Assembly: GCA_963765205.1 (NCBI GenBank)
Contig: CAVXVB010000009.1
Location: forward strand, 1,248,001-1,312,000
DNA length: 64,000 nt
From: an uncultured Verrucomicrobiae bacterium
Lineage (GTDB): Bacteria > Verrucomicrobiota > Verrucomicrobiia > Opitutales > JABDGR01
Direction of reading: 5' to 3'
Shown: positions 10,484 to 20,537 of the stretch, piece after piece
Numbering within the stretch: the first letter of the stretch is position 1
Layout: each line of letters starts with the position of its first letter
Notes under the pieces: model-generated
The model's input: the letters and a program-made list of their open reading frames with translations, nothing else
Database searches by the model: none
Told to the model about the DNA's origin: nothing
Program-made: the position numbers and the translations under genes

Positions 10484-10861
10484 TTAGTAACGACGTTCGC
10501 GGCGTTCTCCGCCACGGTCGCCACCATAACCACCGCCGCCACCGCCGCCGCCGTAGGAGCGACCACCACCGCCGCCACCACCGCCGCCATAAGCGGGACG
10601 GTCGGAGCGTTCTTCGCGGGGACGGGCTTCGTTAACGGTCAGGTCACGGCTGCCGACTTTGGTGCCGTGGATGGCCGCAATGGCCGCCTTGGCTTCAGCG
10701 TCCGAACCCATGGTGACAAACGCAAAGCCGCGCGGGCGGCCCGTGAATTTATCCATGGCCATGAACACTTCAGACACAGCACCATGCTGGGCGAACAAGT
10801 CACGCAACTCGCCCTCCGAGGTGTTGAAGTCGAGATTACCGACATACAATTTAGAACTCAT
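10484..10861 (-). CDS. RRM RNA-binding protein with glycine-rich tail
   Basis: RNP2 KLYVGNL, RNP1 RGFAFVTM, LTVNEARPRE, Gly-rich C-terminus. Confidence 0.95.
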   Translation of the reverse strand: MSSKLYVGNLDFNTSEGELRDLFAQHGAVSEVFMAMDKFTGRPRGFAFVTMGSDAEAKAAIAAIHGTKVGSRDLTVNEARPREERSDRPAYGGGGGGGGGRSYGGGGGGGGYGGDRGGERRERRY

Positions 10862-11035
10862 ACTATTGATACTTTGATCTACCGGAAGCAAACGCTCTGT
10901 TCCCGAAATGCCGGGTTTCGAATCGTCACCGGGCCTTTAACCCGCCTGACAATCCACCAAATCGCGTAACTAACTATCAATCAAGCAGGCACCATGATTA
11001 ATGGATTCAGGGCCGAATGCAAGGATATTTTTTTG

Positions 11036-12118
11036 CTACCCGGTCTTGCGGGCCTGGTCGGATGCGGGCGGGGGAACGGCGACGGGGCCGGCGGGAGCGG
11101 CAGGACCGAGGCGCTGGCGGCGGCGGGCCAGTTCGCGCATGTCCACGGCCAAGTCGTCCTTCTCGAAAAATTCCGCGCCGAGGAGGTTCTCGAAAATGTC
11201 CTCCATCGAGACGACGCCGGCGAGGGAGCCGTATTCGTCCACCACGACGGCGATTTGCTGGTGGTTTTTGAGAAACTGCTGGAGGGTGGTCGCGGCGGTG
11301 GCGGTTTCGGGCACAAAGACGACGGGGTGCATTAGGGCGCCGACGGTGAGGTGGTCCTGGTCGGCGGCCTTGGCCTTGAGCAGGTCGCGCCGGCGGGCGA
11401 GGCCGACGATGTTGTCCGTTTTGCCGTCGTAAACGGGGAGACGGGCGAAGGGGATGTTGGGCAGCTCGCGGAAGACTTCGCCAATGGTGCGGGATTTTTC
11501 GATGGCAGTGACGACGATGCGTGGGGTCATGATGTCACGGATGTGGACCTCATCGAGCTTGAGGGCGTTGGCGATGAGCTTGCTTTCCTGGACGGTAATG
11601 TTGCCCTGCTGGGCCTCGCGCACGGCGAGGAAGGCGATTTCCTGCGAGGCGTCGCCTTCGATCTTGGTTTTGCCAAGAAAGCGGGTGAGCAGGGGGCGCA
11701 CGACCCACAGCAGCGGGCGGGTGGCGAGCCGCATGCCATAGAGCACCCAGACAAGGATGGGCCGCAGGCGGGCGCGGTGCAACACGCCGAGGTTTTTGGG
11801 CAGGATTTCGCCGAAAATGAGCAGGCCGACGGTCATGCCAGCGGCAAAGGCATAGCGCCACTCGGCAAAAATTTGCTGGGCCAATGCGCCGCAAACGAAG
11901 GAGCCGAGGGTGTTGGCGACGGTGTTAAAGGTCAGGATGGCGGAGATGCTTTCGTCAAGCCGTTCGCGGCATTGGGCCAGCAGCATTCCTGCGCGTGGCG
12001 AGTGGGACTTGAGGGCCTCAATTTCGCCCGCAGTCGTGCTCAACAGCATAGCCTCGATGGTCGAGCACAGGGCTGAAACCAGCACCGTGACAAGCACGGC
12101 GATGATGAGCATAGTCAT
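11036..12118 (-). CDS. CNNM (DUF21) + CBS domain protein (hemolysin/CorC-like)
   Basis: SALCSTIEA, FGEILPK, DIMTPR, RLPVYD, VVDEYG, SMEDIFE; start set at ATG 12118. Confidence 0.92.
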   Translation of the reverse strand: MTMLIIAVLVTVLVSALCSTIEAMLLSTTAGEIEALKSHSPRAGMLLAQCRERLDESISAILTFNTVANTLGSFVCGALAQQIFAEWRYAFAAGMTVGLLIFGEILPKNLGVLHRARLRPILVWVLYGMRLATRPLLWVVRPLLTRFLGKTKIEGDASQEIAFLAVREAQQGNITVQESKLIANALKLDEVHIRDIMTPRIVVTAIEKSRTIGEVFRELPNIPFARLPVYDGKTDNIVGLARRRDLLKAKAADQDHLTVGALMHPVVFVPETATAATTLQQFLKNHQQIAVVVDEYGSLAGVVSMEDIFENLLGAEFFEKDDLAVDMRELARRRQRLGPAAPAGPVAVPPPASDQARKTG

Positions 12119-12262
12119 GGCAGACAATGGGCTAGGTAAAACGCGAATGGACAGTTTATAACTTTTGCCATGCCGATACAAGCTGATTCCCGGCCATCGA
12201 AACATAAGTTCGCGCCTTGACACTTTGGGCATTTCATAGTCGTATGTGTTCCCACCCTTCCG

Positions 12263-13540
12263 ATGGCCTTGATTCTCTTGCGCGCTATTCCCGTCCCCTT
12301 TCGCCGGGCACCCCTCACTTTGGCCATGCTCTTGGCGGTCGCCCTTGCGGGCGCCGGCTGTGACAACACCTACCAGGTCACAACGAGCGCTTTTCATGGG
12401 CATGTCGAGGCACCGGATACAACGTTGAATGCGCCAGCCTCGCCGATTGACAATCCCCTTGCCGCAACGCCGAACTCGACCCAATCCTCGACAACCACCC
12501 CAAGCGCGCCCATCGCGCATACGCCGAATGCCGTGCTGGACAGCATGCGCCGGGCCGCCGATTGGCAACTGGCAAACCCCACTGTTGATCCGGAAAATGG
12601 GTGGGTTTACGCGGCCTTTTATGATGGAGCGCTGGCCCTGGCTAAAATCAACCAGGATCCAAAATACTACGACCTGATGATGGCGCAGGGCGTGAAGAAC
12701 CATTGGCAACTTGGAACCCACGATTACAATGCCGACGACCACGCCGTCGGGCAGTTGTATCTGGAGCTTTATGAACTAAAAAAAGACCCGGACATGGTCC
12801 AGCCGACCCGGCAGCGCTTTGACGAGATTCTCGATTACCCCAAGGACGACAACCTGGACTACAGCCGCTCCGACCGCAACGACCGCTGGTCGTGGTGCGA
12901 TGCGTTGTTCATGGATCCGCCGGTGTGGGCGCGCCTGAGCAAAGTGACGGGCGACCCGAAATACCTCGACTCGGCGGATCGGCGCTGGTGGGTGACCTCG
13001 AACTACCTTTATGACAAGGACGAGCACCTTTACTACCGCGACAGCACTTTTTTCACCCAACGGGAGCCGAATGGGGAAAAAATATTCTGGTCGCGCGGCA
13101 ATGGCTGGGTGATCGCCGGGCTGGCGCGCCTGCTGGACTATATGCCGGCGGACTACCCCAATCGCGCGAAATACGTCAAGCAATTCCACGACATGGCCGA
13201 CAAAATCAAATCGTTGCAGCAAGCGGATGGGCTGTGGCGGACGGGCCTGCTCGACCCGGCGTCGCACCCGCAAAAGGAAACCAGCGGCAGCGGCTTTTTC
13301 ACCTACGCGCTGGCGTGGGGCATCAACCAAGGTTTGCTTGACCGCGTGGAATATGAGCCGGTGGTGCTCAAGGGCTGGGACGCACTGATGGAAAGCGTGT
13401 TGCCCGATGGCGAACTGATCCATGTGCAGCCCGTCGGCGCCCAACCGAGCGGCTTCCCGGAGAACAGCAGCACGCCCTACGGCGTCGGGGCCTTTTTGCT
13501 GGCGGGCAGCGAGGTCTATAAGCTGGAGGGCGGGAAGTAG
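12263..13540 (+). CDS. GH105/GH88-family unsaturated glycuronyl hydrolase, probable lipoprotein
   Basis: NADDHAVG, WSWCDALFMDPP, FWSRGNGWV, ETSGSGFF, YGVGAFLLAG; lipobox LAGAGC (alternative start 12326). Confidence 0.9.
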   Translation: MALILLRAIPVPFRRAPLTLAMLLAVALAGAGCDNTYQVTTSAFHGHVEAPDTTLNAPASPIDNPLAATPNSTQSSTTTPSAPIAHTPNAVLDSMRRAADWQLANPTVDPENGWVYAAFYDGALALAKINQDPKYYDLMMAQGVKNHWQLGTHDYNADDHAVGQLYLELYELKKDPDMVQPTRQRFDEILDYPKDDNLDYSRSDRNDRWSWCDALFMDPPVWARLSKVTGDPKYLDSADRRWWVTSNYLYDKDEHLYYRDSTFFTQREPNGEKIFWSRGNGWVIAGLARLLDYMPADYPNRAKYVKQFHDMADKIKSLQQADGLWRTGLLDPASHPQKETSGSGFFTYALAWGINQGLLDRVEYEPVVLKGWDALMESVLPDGELIHVQPVGAQPSGFPENSSTPYGVGAFLLAGSEVYKLEGGK

Positions 13541-13548
13541 GGGGGCAA

Positions 13549-14535
13549 TTACTGCGCGACATCGGGATACGGCCCCAAAAACCGTTCGCCGTTAAAGTGG
13601 ATGAGATGATCAGGATTGTCGGCGATCCAGACTTCCGTTTCCCAAGAGATTTGGGTGAGGAAGCTGCGCATGGCTTCACGACTGGCAAAGGCAGTTACAA
13701 AAACCAACCCGGCCTTGCAGCCCGCGAATAGCACCTTCAATTCCTTCCGTCGTTTGCCATCCACGGGGCCGGCGCTCGTCACCGCTTCGATAAGGAGCAC
13801 CCAGTTTCGACGCGAATCGTGAATCACTACATCCGGCATGATGGCAGGCGCGGGAATAGCCACGCCCAAGCCCTCCAAATACGTCGTGTCCAGATGCAAA
13901 AACTTGTTTTCGGTGTCGCCGATGTAAACAACGATACCACCTGGAACAAAACGCGCACAAAATTCCTCGATGACCGTTTTGATGAGTGGATTTTGTCCGC
14001 CGGGAGATATTGAGATTGTCTTTCCCGAAGGTAATTTAACTGGAATCCGCGCCAACTGCCGGTCCCGCTGCAATTCGGCGCGGATTTTTTCCCTACTTTT
14101 CAGATAGACAGCCAGCTTTGGTTTCCAGTCCAAGCTATCAAAGGATGCCAAAAGTTCCAGCGCGTGTGGTTCGATCTGATAAACTGTTTTGCCGCTATTG
14201 GTGGGCCGGGCCGGATCATCCGGGTTGCGCAGGATCAGGCCGGCGTCGGCAAAGTGTTTGACCGCTTCATCGCGGATGGTCTCGCGGGTATTGGGCGCAT
14301 AGCGCAAGCCATAGGCCCGGTCCACGAATTCAATGATGGGCGTGATCCCGCGCAAGGGACTTTTCGCCTCGCTCCAAGGTTGCAACGACTCCAAATCCAG
14401 CAGCGCCAAAAGCGTGTAGCCGGCCACCTCGTTACTTTGCCGGCCCGTGAAATGAAGCGCCCGCAAAACTTCCACCGCTTCGGATAGTTTTTGGGCCCGT
14501 GCTTTCGCCAGGATGTTTTGTTTGGAGGCGGCCAT
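13549..14535 (-). CDS. BsuBI/PstI family type II restriction endonuclease
   Basis: YAPNTRETIR, NPDDPARPTNS, SPGGQN.LIK, MPDVVIHD..IEAVTSAGPVD, ISWETEVW, HLIHFNGERFLGPY. Confidence 0.93.
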   Translation of the reverse strand: MAASKQNILAKARAQKLSEAVEVLRALHFTGRQSNEVAGYTLLALLDLESLQPWSEAKSPLRGITPIIEFVDRAYGLRYAPNTRETIRDEAVKHFADAGLILRNPDDPARPTNSGKTVYQIEPHALELLASFDSLDWKPKLAVYLKSREKIRAELQRDRQLARIPVKLPSGKTISISPGGQNPLIKTVIEEFCARFVPGGIVVYIGDTENKFLHLDTTYLEGLGVAIPAPAIMPDVVIHDSRRNWVLLIEAVTSAGPVDGKRRKELKVLFAGCKAGLVFVTAFASREAMRSFLTQISWETEVWIADNPDHLIHFNGERFLGPYPDVAQ

Positions 14536-16025
14536 TAGAATAGTTCCTTCTCCAGGAAGTTGTCGAGTTGGTCTTGGGCCATCCCGGGGTCGGTAATTTT
14601 CCGCCCGAGCCGTTTCAGCGTTGCGGAAGAAGGGTAATTTAGCGAGCGAAGATCGGTGGCGTTCACCTGGGTATGGCCGCTGAATTGCCGGAAATACACA
14701 TCCACGACCGTAGAATTCAAGAACGCCGCCAAGCCCTTGGCCAAATCCAGCGACAGGCCGTGTCCGTTTACATGGAAATAATTAAGGTGATTTTCAAATC
14801 CCACCAAGGACGCAGGAATGCGTTGGGAGTCGTAGATGCAGGCTACGACCCGCCGCCGTTCCTCTTTGGCGGTGAATCGTTTGACCAGAACATATACACC
14901 TGCGGGCACGAGGAGATCGCGGGTGCGGGAATCGTTCAGGATGGCATTGGGCTTGCGCGAGGGCGCGAGGGGCCAATGCACGAATCCGCCGTTGAAATGA
15001 CAGGGATAAATGAGCGGCACAGTCTCTTTGCCGGGTTGCTCGCGCAGGTAGGACGTGGCGCGAAAATCCACCACGCGTCCGGTTGACACGCCGAGGCCCA
15101 GATCAGCAAGCGAGGCATCCAGTCCCGCCATGGCTGATTTTGCGTCGAAGTGCTTCTCGTCCACTTGCAGATGGATGAATTGCGCAGGATCGTTTGGGAG
15201 AACCACCTCGCCGAAATCCACTGGTCTCGAATTGACTGCGCCGTGCGGCTCGCCGCTGCTGGTTGAAATCGTCACTTGCCGTGCCTTCGGCACGCCTTTG
15301 ACCGCATGGACAATAATGTTTTCCTGGAGCACGTCGTCCTGGGAGAACGCCGCCGAACGCGAATCGAAGACGTGTAAGCGGCGCAAGGACATGGTTTTTA
15401 GGAAGTCCTCACGAAACGGCCTAAAGTAAGGCCCGTTGCAAAAACTTCGCGGGGTGATGGCAACCAGTTCCCCACCCTTGATCAGCAGTTTGGTGATGAG
15501 GGCGACGAAACCGGTGTAAAGGTTGCTCGTTTCGATCACGGCGGAGCGCAAGGCCTGGCGCGCCGGCGAATCGCTCCGAATTTTGCGGTATGGTGGATTG
15601 ACAATGGCGGCATTGAATTGCAAGGGTTGGCCCGAAAACAGATCTCCCGACACCATTGGCGCAGTGGTTTCGATAAAATCCTCGAAACGCAGCGTGGATG
15701 AGAAATCGATCCCGGCTCGGTTGCAGAGGCGCTTGCATTCCGCCATAGTGTTCCGCAACGGCTCGAACATGGCCGGATCCAACTCAAAAGCAGTGACCGC
15801 GATGCTCTTGGGTTTATGCCGCCCAACACATATTTGGCGCACGAGTGCAGCCGTCAATGCGCCAGCTCCGGCTCCTGCATCCAAAAGTTCCCAATGGCTC
15901 CATTGGGCCTCAAATAGCGATGCCATGAATTCCGCAACGTGGGTAGGGGTCAAAAACTGGCCCAACTCGTGGAGAGACGCCTGAGTTTTGCATTCAATCG
16001 CAGGCTGTGTTTCGAGAACTGGCAT
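14535..16025 (-). CDS. N6-adenine DNA methyltransferase (Eco57I/BsuBI-type) of the R-M pair
   Basis: LGQFLTP, LDAGAGAGAL (motif I), NPPY (motif IV), PRSFCNGPYF, FENHLN, SGHTQVNATDL; stop overlaps the REase start. Confidence 0.93.
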   Translation of the reverse strand: MPVLETQPAIECKTQASLHELGQFLTPTHVAEFMASLFEAQWSHWELLDAGAGAGALTAALVRQICVGRHKPKSIAVTAFELDPAMFEPLRNTMAECKRLCNRAGIDFSSTLRFEDFIETTAPMVSGDLFSGQPLQFNAAIVNPPYRKIRSDSPARQALRSAVIETSNLYTGFVALITKLLIKGGELVAITPRSFCNGPYFRPFREDFLKTMSLRRLHVFDSRSAAFSQDDVLQENIIVHAVKGVPKARQVTISTSSGEPHGAVNSRPVDFGEVVLPNDPAQFIHLQVDEKHFDAKSAMAGLDASLADLGLGVSTGRVVDFRATSYLREQPGKETVPLIYPCHFNGGFVHWPLAPSRKPNAILNDSRTRDLLVPAGVYVLVKRFTAKEERRRVVACIYDSQRIPASLVGFENHLNYFHVNGHGLSLDLAKGLAAFLNSTVVDVYFRQFSGHTQVNATDLRSLNYPSSATLKRLGRKITDPGMAQDQLDNFLEKELF

Positions 16026-16267
16026 TTTAGATGTTTAGGCCCGAGAGCCTACCAGCTAAGAATCGTCTTGCGAAGGGCCGTCGTCAAGCCTGCCTCGGTC
16101 TAGCTGGCTAATGCAGAGACACCCACTCTTCTTAACCTCCTCTACCCTATCACCTTGCCCATCCGCTTTTGCAGGCTTGAGGCCCGATTCCTGCGTTTTT
16201 TTGCATCTTAGGGTTGTTTTTCGGACGGCGGGCGGGCATCGTGGGGGTTGTTGCTTAACTCCCCCGC

Positions 16268-16909
16268 ATGAAGACTTCTGAAGTAATTGCCCGTCTCGCG
16301 CAGATGCGCGTGATTCCTGTCATTGTCCTGGAAAACGCCGGCGACGCCCAGCCGCTGGCCGAGGCCCTGTTGGCCGGGGGGTTGCCGTGCGCGGAGATCA
16401 CGTTCCGCACGGCGGCGGCGTTGGAGGCCATTCGCGCGATCGCGAAAATTCCCGGCATGTTGGTGGGCGCGGGCACGGTGCTCAAGCCGGAGCAGGCGCA
16501 GGCCGCCGCGGACGCCGGGGCGCAGTTTATTGTGACACCGGGTTTCAACCCGCGCGTGGTCGCCTATTGCGTAAGCCATGGCATCCCGATCACGCCGGGG
16601 GTCAGCGACCCGACGAGCATCGAAATGGCGCTGGAACATGGTCTCGACGTGGTCAAGTTTTTCCCCGCCGAAGCCTGCGGCGGGCTGAGTTACCTGAAGG
16701 CCATCGCCGCGCCGTATAGCATGATGCGCTTCATCCCGACCGGGGGCATTGAGCCGGGGAATTTGCGCGAGTATCTGGCGTTCCCGAAAATCGTCGCCTG
16801 CGGCGGCACCTGGATGGTGAAGGCCGATTTGCTGAAGAACCGCGACTGGGCGAAAATCACCACGCTCACGCGCGAGGCCGTGGCGCTCGCCCAAACGCCG
16901 CAAAGTTGA
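16268..16909 (+). CDS. eda: KDPG/KHG aldolase
   Basis: AEITFRT, GAGTVL, VKFFPAE, PTGGI. Confidence 0.95.
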   Translation: MKTSEVIARLAQMRVIPVIVLENAGDAQPLAEALLAGGLPCAEITFRTAAALEAIRAIAKIPGMLVGAGTVLKPEQAQAAADAGAQFIVTPGFNPRVVAYCVSHGIPITPGVSDPTSIEMALEHGLDVVKFFPAEACGGLSYLKAIAAPYSMMRFIPTGGIEPGNLREYLAFPKIVACGGTWMVKADLLKNRDWAKITTLTREAVALAQTPQS

Positions 16910-16941
16910 ACTGGCCACGTTGTTTTTTCCTTTGAATTTTT

Positions 16942-18312
16942 ATGCTCACGATTGACCCAACATTGGCCGCCGCTGACCTGCGCCCGGCGCTCGGGCGGTT
17001 CTGGCAACTGTCGGGTGAAAAAATCCGGTTGATCGAAAAGAAGTTCGACCCGGCGCGCGGCGCGCCCGTCTTCACCGCGGCCGGCGCCTACACGGCGCGG
17101 GGCTGGACGGAGTGGACGCAGGGCTTCCAATTCGGCTCCGCGATTTTGCAGTTTGACGCGACCGGCGACGAGGAATTCCTGCGCCTGGGCCGCGCGAACA
17201 CGGTGGCGCGGATGGCCCCGCACGTCTCGCACACGGGTGTGCACGACCACGGTTTCAACAATGTCTCGACCTACGGTAATTTGCGCCGGCTCATGCGTGA
17301 AAAGCGCATTCCCATGCAGGAGTGGGAATTGAATTTTTACGAATTAGCGCTGAAAATTTCCGGCGCGGTGCAGGCGGCGCGGTGGACGGAGCACGCGCGG
17401 GGCGGCTTCATTTACTCCTTCAACGGGCCGCATTCGCTGTTTGTGGACACGATTCGTTCGTGCCGCGCGCTGGCGCTGGGCCACGCGCTCGGCCACAGCC
17501 TCTGCGGCGAAGGCGACCGGCGCTCAAGCCTGCTCGAACGCGCGCTGGCGCACATCCGCTCGACCGCGGAGTTTTCGGTGTATTACGGCAAGGGGCGCGA
17601 TATTTACGACGTGCGCGGGCGGGTTGCGCATGAGTGTGTGTTCAACACCAACGACGGGGCGTTCCGCTGCCCGAATTCGCAGCAGGGCTACACCGGCTTT
17701 TCAACATGGACGCGCGGGCTGGCCTGGTCGCTGCTGGGTTTTGCCGAGGAGCTGGAATTTTTCGCCACGCGGCCCGATGCGGAATTAAAATCGCTGGGCG
17801 GACGGCGCGCACTGGAGGCGATGATGCTCAAGGCCGCGACGGCCACGGCGGACTTCTACATCGCCAACACGCCGACGGACGGCGTGCCGTATTGGGACGC
17901 CGGCGCACCGGGCTTGGTGCACCTCGGCGATTATCTGGACGAGTCGGCCGATCCGTTCAACGACCACGAACCGGTGGATAGTTCGGCGGCGGCCATTGCC
18001 GCGCAGGGGCTGTTGCGGCTCGGGCATTTTCTCGGCGCGCGCGGGCAAAAAAAATCCGGCGCACGCTACTGGCAGGCGGGACTGACAGTATTCCGCACCC
18101 TGCTGGGCGAGCCATACCTCAGCACGGAAAAGTCGCACCAGGGGCTGGTGCTGCACTCGATTTACCACCGGCCCAACGGGTGGGACTATGTGCCGCCCGG
18201 CGCACGCACGCCGCGCGGCGAGTCCTCGATGTGGGGTGACTACCACGCCCGCGAGTGCGCGCTGTATTTGGAGCGCATTATTGCGGACGGTCCTTATCAT
18301 ACGTTTTTTTAA
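16942..18312 (+). CDS. GH88-like unsaturated glucuronyl hydrolase
   Basis: WTEWTQGF, HDHGF, QQGY...TWTRGLAW, VPYWD, DSSAAAIAA, WGDY. Confidence 0.85.
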   Translation: MLTIDPTLAAADLRPALGRFWQLSGEKIRLIEKKFDPARGAPVFTAAGAYTARGWTEWTQGFQFGSAILQFDATGDEEFLRLGRANTVARMAPHVSHTGVHDHGFNNVSTYGNLRRLMREKRIPMQEWELNFYELALKISGAVQAARWTEHARGGFIYSFNGPHSLFVDTIRSCRALALGHALGHSLCGEGDRRSSLLERALAHIRSTAEFSVYYGKGRDIYDVRGRVAHECVFNTNDGAFRCPNSQQGYTGFSTWTRGLAWSLLGFAEELEFFATRPDAELKSLGGRRALEAMMLKAATATADFYIANTPTDGVPYWDAGAPGLVHLGDYLDESADPFNDHEPVDSSAAAIAAQGLLRLGHFLGARGQKKSGARYWQAGLTVFRTLLGEPYLSTEKSHQGLVLHSIYHRPNGWDYVPPGARTPRGESSMWGDYHARECALYLERIIADGPYHTFF

Positions 18313-18314
18313 GG

Positions 18315-18407
18315 ATGGAAAATGGAAGATGGAAAATGGAAAAATGAAAACCGGTCGAGCGAGCAATTGTTTCGTCTTTTTTCCATTTTCCATTTTCCAT
18401 CTTCCAT
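18315..18407. repeat. Inverted heptamer tandem arrays
   Basis: ATGGAA(A/G) x4-5 (18315-18350) facing (T/C)TTCCAT x4 (18380-18407). Confidence 0.85.
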
Positions 18408-18423
18408 TATATCCATTCTTTCC

Positions 18424-19254
18424 ATGCCCGCCGCTCCGCTGACTGATTTTTCCCGCCTGTGCCTGCACACGATTACGACCAAATCCTGGTCGCTGGACCA
18501 GGCGTGCCGGGAATACGCGCGCGCGGGTGTGAAAGGCATCAGCGTCTGGCGCGACACACTGGAAGGGCGCGATGCCACGATGGCGGGGCGGCGTTTGCGC
18601 GCGGCGGGCCTTGAGGTGGTTTCGCTGGTGCGCGGGGGATTTTTTGCGGCCACTGACGCGGCAGGCCGGCAAAAGGCGCTGGATGAAAACCGCCGCTGCA
18701 TTGATGAGGCGAAGGCGCTGGGCGCGCCGCTGATTGTGCTGGTTTGCGGCGCGGCGCTCGGGCAGCCGCTGGTAGAATCGCGCCGGCAGATTGCGGAGGG
18801 CATCGCCGCGATTTTGCCGCACGCGCGGGCAGCAGGCGTTAAGCTCGCCATCGAGCCGTTGCACCCGATGTATGCCGACACGCGCTCGGCCATCAACACG
18901 CTCCGGCAAGCCAACGACCTGGCGGCGCAGTTCGACGCCTCGGTGGGCGTCGCGGTGGATGTGTATCATTTGTGGTGGGACGACCAGTTGGAGGCGGAAA
19001 TCGCGCGCTGCGGCAAGCTCGGCAAATTGTTCGCCTATCATGTGTGCGACTGGCGCACGCCGACGGTGGACTTGCTCAACGACCGCGGCCTGATGGGCGA
19101 GGGCTGCATTCCGCTGCGCGAGATACGCGCCTGGGTCGAGGCCGCGGGCTTCCAAGGCTTTATCGAAGTCGAGATTTTTTCTAATCGCCTCTGGCAGACG
19201 GATCAGGTGGAATTCGTGCGCAAGATCCAGGCCGCCTACCTCCAGCACACCTAA
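18424..19254 (+). CDS. Sugar phosphate isomerase/epimerase (xylose isomerase-like TIM barrel)
   Basis: LAIEPLHPMY, DVYH, YHVCDW, DRGLMGEG, EVEIFS. Confidence 0.88.
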   Translation: MPAAPLTDFSRLCLHTITTKSWSLDQACREYARAGVKGISVWRDTLEGRDATMAGRRLRAAGLEVVSLVRGGFFAATDAAGRQKALDENRRCIDEAKALGAPLIVLVCGAALGQPLVESRRQIAEGIAAILPHARAAGVKLAIEPLHPMYADTRSAINTLRQANDLAAQFDASVGVAVDVYHLWWDDQLEAEIARCGKLGKLFAYHVCDWRTPTVDLLNDRGLMGEGCIPLREIRAWVEAAGFQGFIEVEIFSNRLWQTDQVEFVRKIQAAYLQHT

Positions 19255-19270
19255 CTACCCCTTATCCCCT

Positions 19271-20432
19271 ATGAGCAAAGACCTGAAAGTCCACCGTGTG
19301 GGCATCATTATGAACGGCGTGACGGGCCGCATGGGCACCAACCAGCACCTGCTGCGCTCGATCTCGGCCATCATGAAACAAGGCGGCGTGCGCGTCGGCC
19401 CGAACGAGGTTATTTTTCCCGATCCACTGCTGGTCGGGCGCAACGAGGACAAGCTGCGCAAACTGACCGAGATTTCGGAGGCCAAAAAATTCACGACTGA
19501 TCTGGCGGGCGCGCTCAAGGACCCGGCCTATTCGGTGTATTTTGACGCGCAGGGCACGCTGCAGCGCGCGGCGGCGGTGAAGGCCGCGGCGGCGGCGGGC
19601 AAGCATGTCTATTGCGAAAAGCCGACAGCGGTGACGACGGCGAAGGCGTTGGAACTCTACCATTTTTGCAAAAAGGCCGGGGTAAAAAACGGCGTGGTGC
19701 AGGACAAGCTCTGGCTACCCGGTTTTCTGAAATTGCGCAAGCTGATTGACGCTGGGTTTTTCGGAAAGATTCTCTCGGTGCGCGGCGAGTTCGGCTACTG
19801 GGTCTTCGAGGGCCACACGGTGGCGGCGCAGCGCCCGTCGTGGAACTACCGCAAGCAGCACGGCGGCGGCATCATTATTGATATGTTGTGCCATTGGCGC
19901 TATATGCTGGACCAGTTGTTCGGCCCGGTGCTGTCGCTCTCCTGCCTGGGCGCGACGCACATTCGCGAGCGGGTGGACGAGAGTGGCAAGCCCTACAAAT
20001 GCACGGCGGACGACGCCGCTTATGCGACGTTCGAGATCAAAGGCGGCATTATCGCGCACATCAACAGCTCGTGGTGCGTGCGCGTGCGGCGCGACGACCT
20101 GGTGGTCTTCCAGGTGGACGGCACGCAGGGCAGCGCGGTCGTCGGCCTGCGCAAGTGCTGGGTGCAAAGTTACCAGAACACGCCGCGCCCGGTGTGGAAC
20201 CCCAACGTCGAGCAGCCAATGAATTTTTTTGAAAACTGGGCCGAAGGTGCCCGATGCCGGAACTTATGAGAACGCCTTCAAAATCCAGTGGGAGCTGTTC
20301 CTCAAACACGTCGTGCTCGACACGCCGTTCCAATGGACGCTGCTCGAAGGGGCGAAAGGCGTGCAGCTCGCGGAGCTGGGCCTGAAGTCCTGGCAGAAGC
20401 GCGCGTGGGTGGATGTGCCGAAACTCAAGTAG
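19271..20432 (+). CDS. Gfo/Idh/MocA oxidoreductase, apparent +1 frameshift near 20246
   Basis: GKHVYCEKP, DMLCHW; removing one G gives WAEVPDAGTYENAFKIQWELF continuing to the stop at 20432. Confidence 0.85.
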
Positions 20433-20435
20433 GTG

Positions 20436-20537
20436 TTTTAGTTTCTAGTTTTTAGTTCTTAGTTGAAGAACTGAAGATTCCACCACCCATCGTTGCTAAA
20501 CCTTGAACTTAAAACCAAGAACTAGAAACTAAGAACT
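20436..20537. repeat. Inverted heptamer tandem arrays
   Basis: TTTTAGT TTCTAGT TTTTAGT TCTTAGT (20436-20463) facing AACTTAA AACCAAG AACTAGA AACTAAG AACT (20506-20537). Confidence 0.85.

Noticed and set aside
12119..12742. 568-aa version of the CNNM protein
   Set aside because: The extra ~200 aa overlap the divergent GH105 gene and lack CNNM features.
13549..16025. Avoidance of CTGCAG as evidence for R-M specificity
   Set aside because: CTGCAG occurs several times in the window (e.g. near 19560, 30234, 42940); an observed/expected count is needed and was not run.
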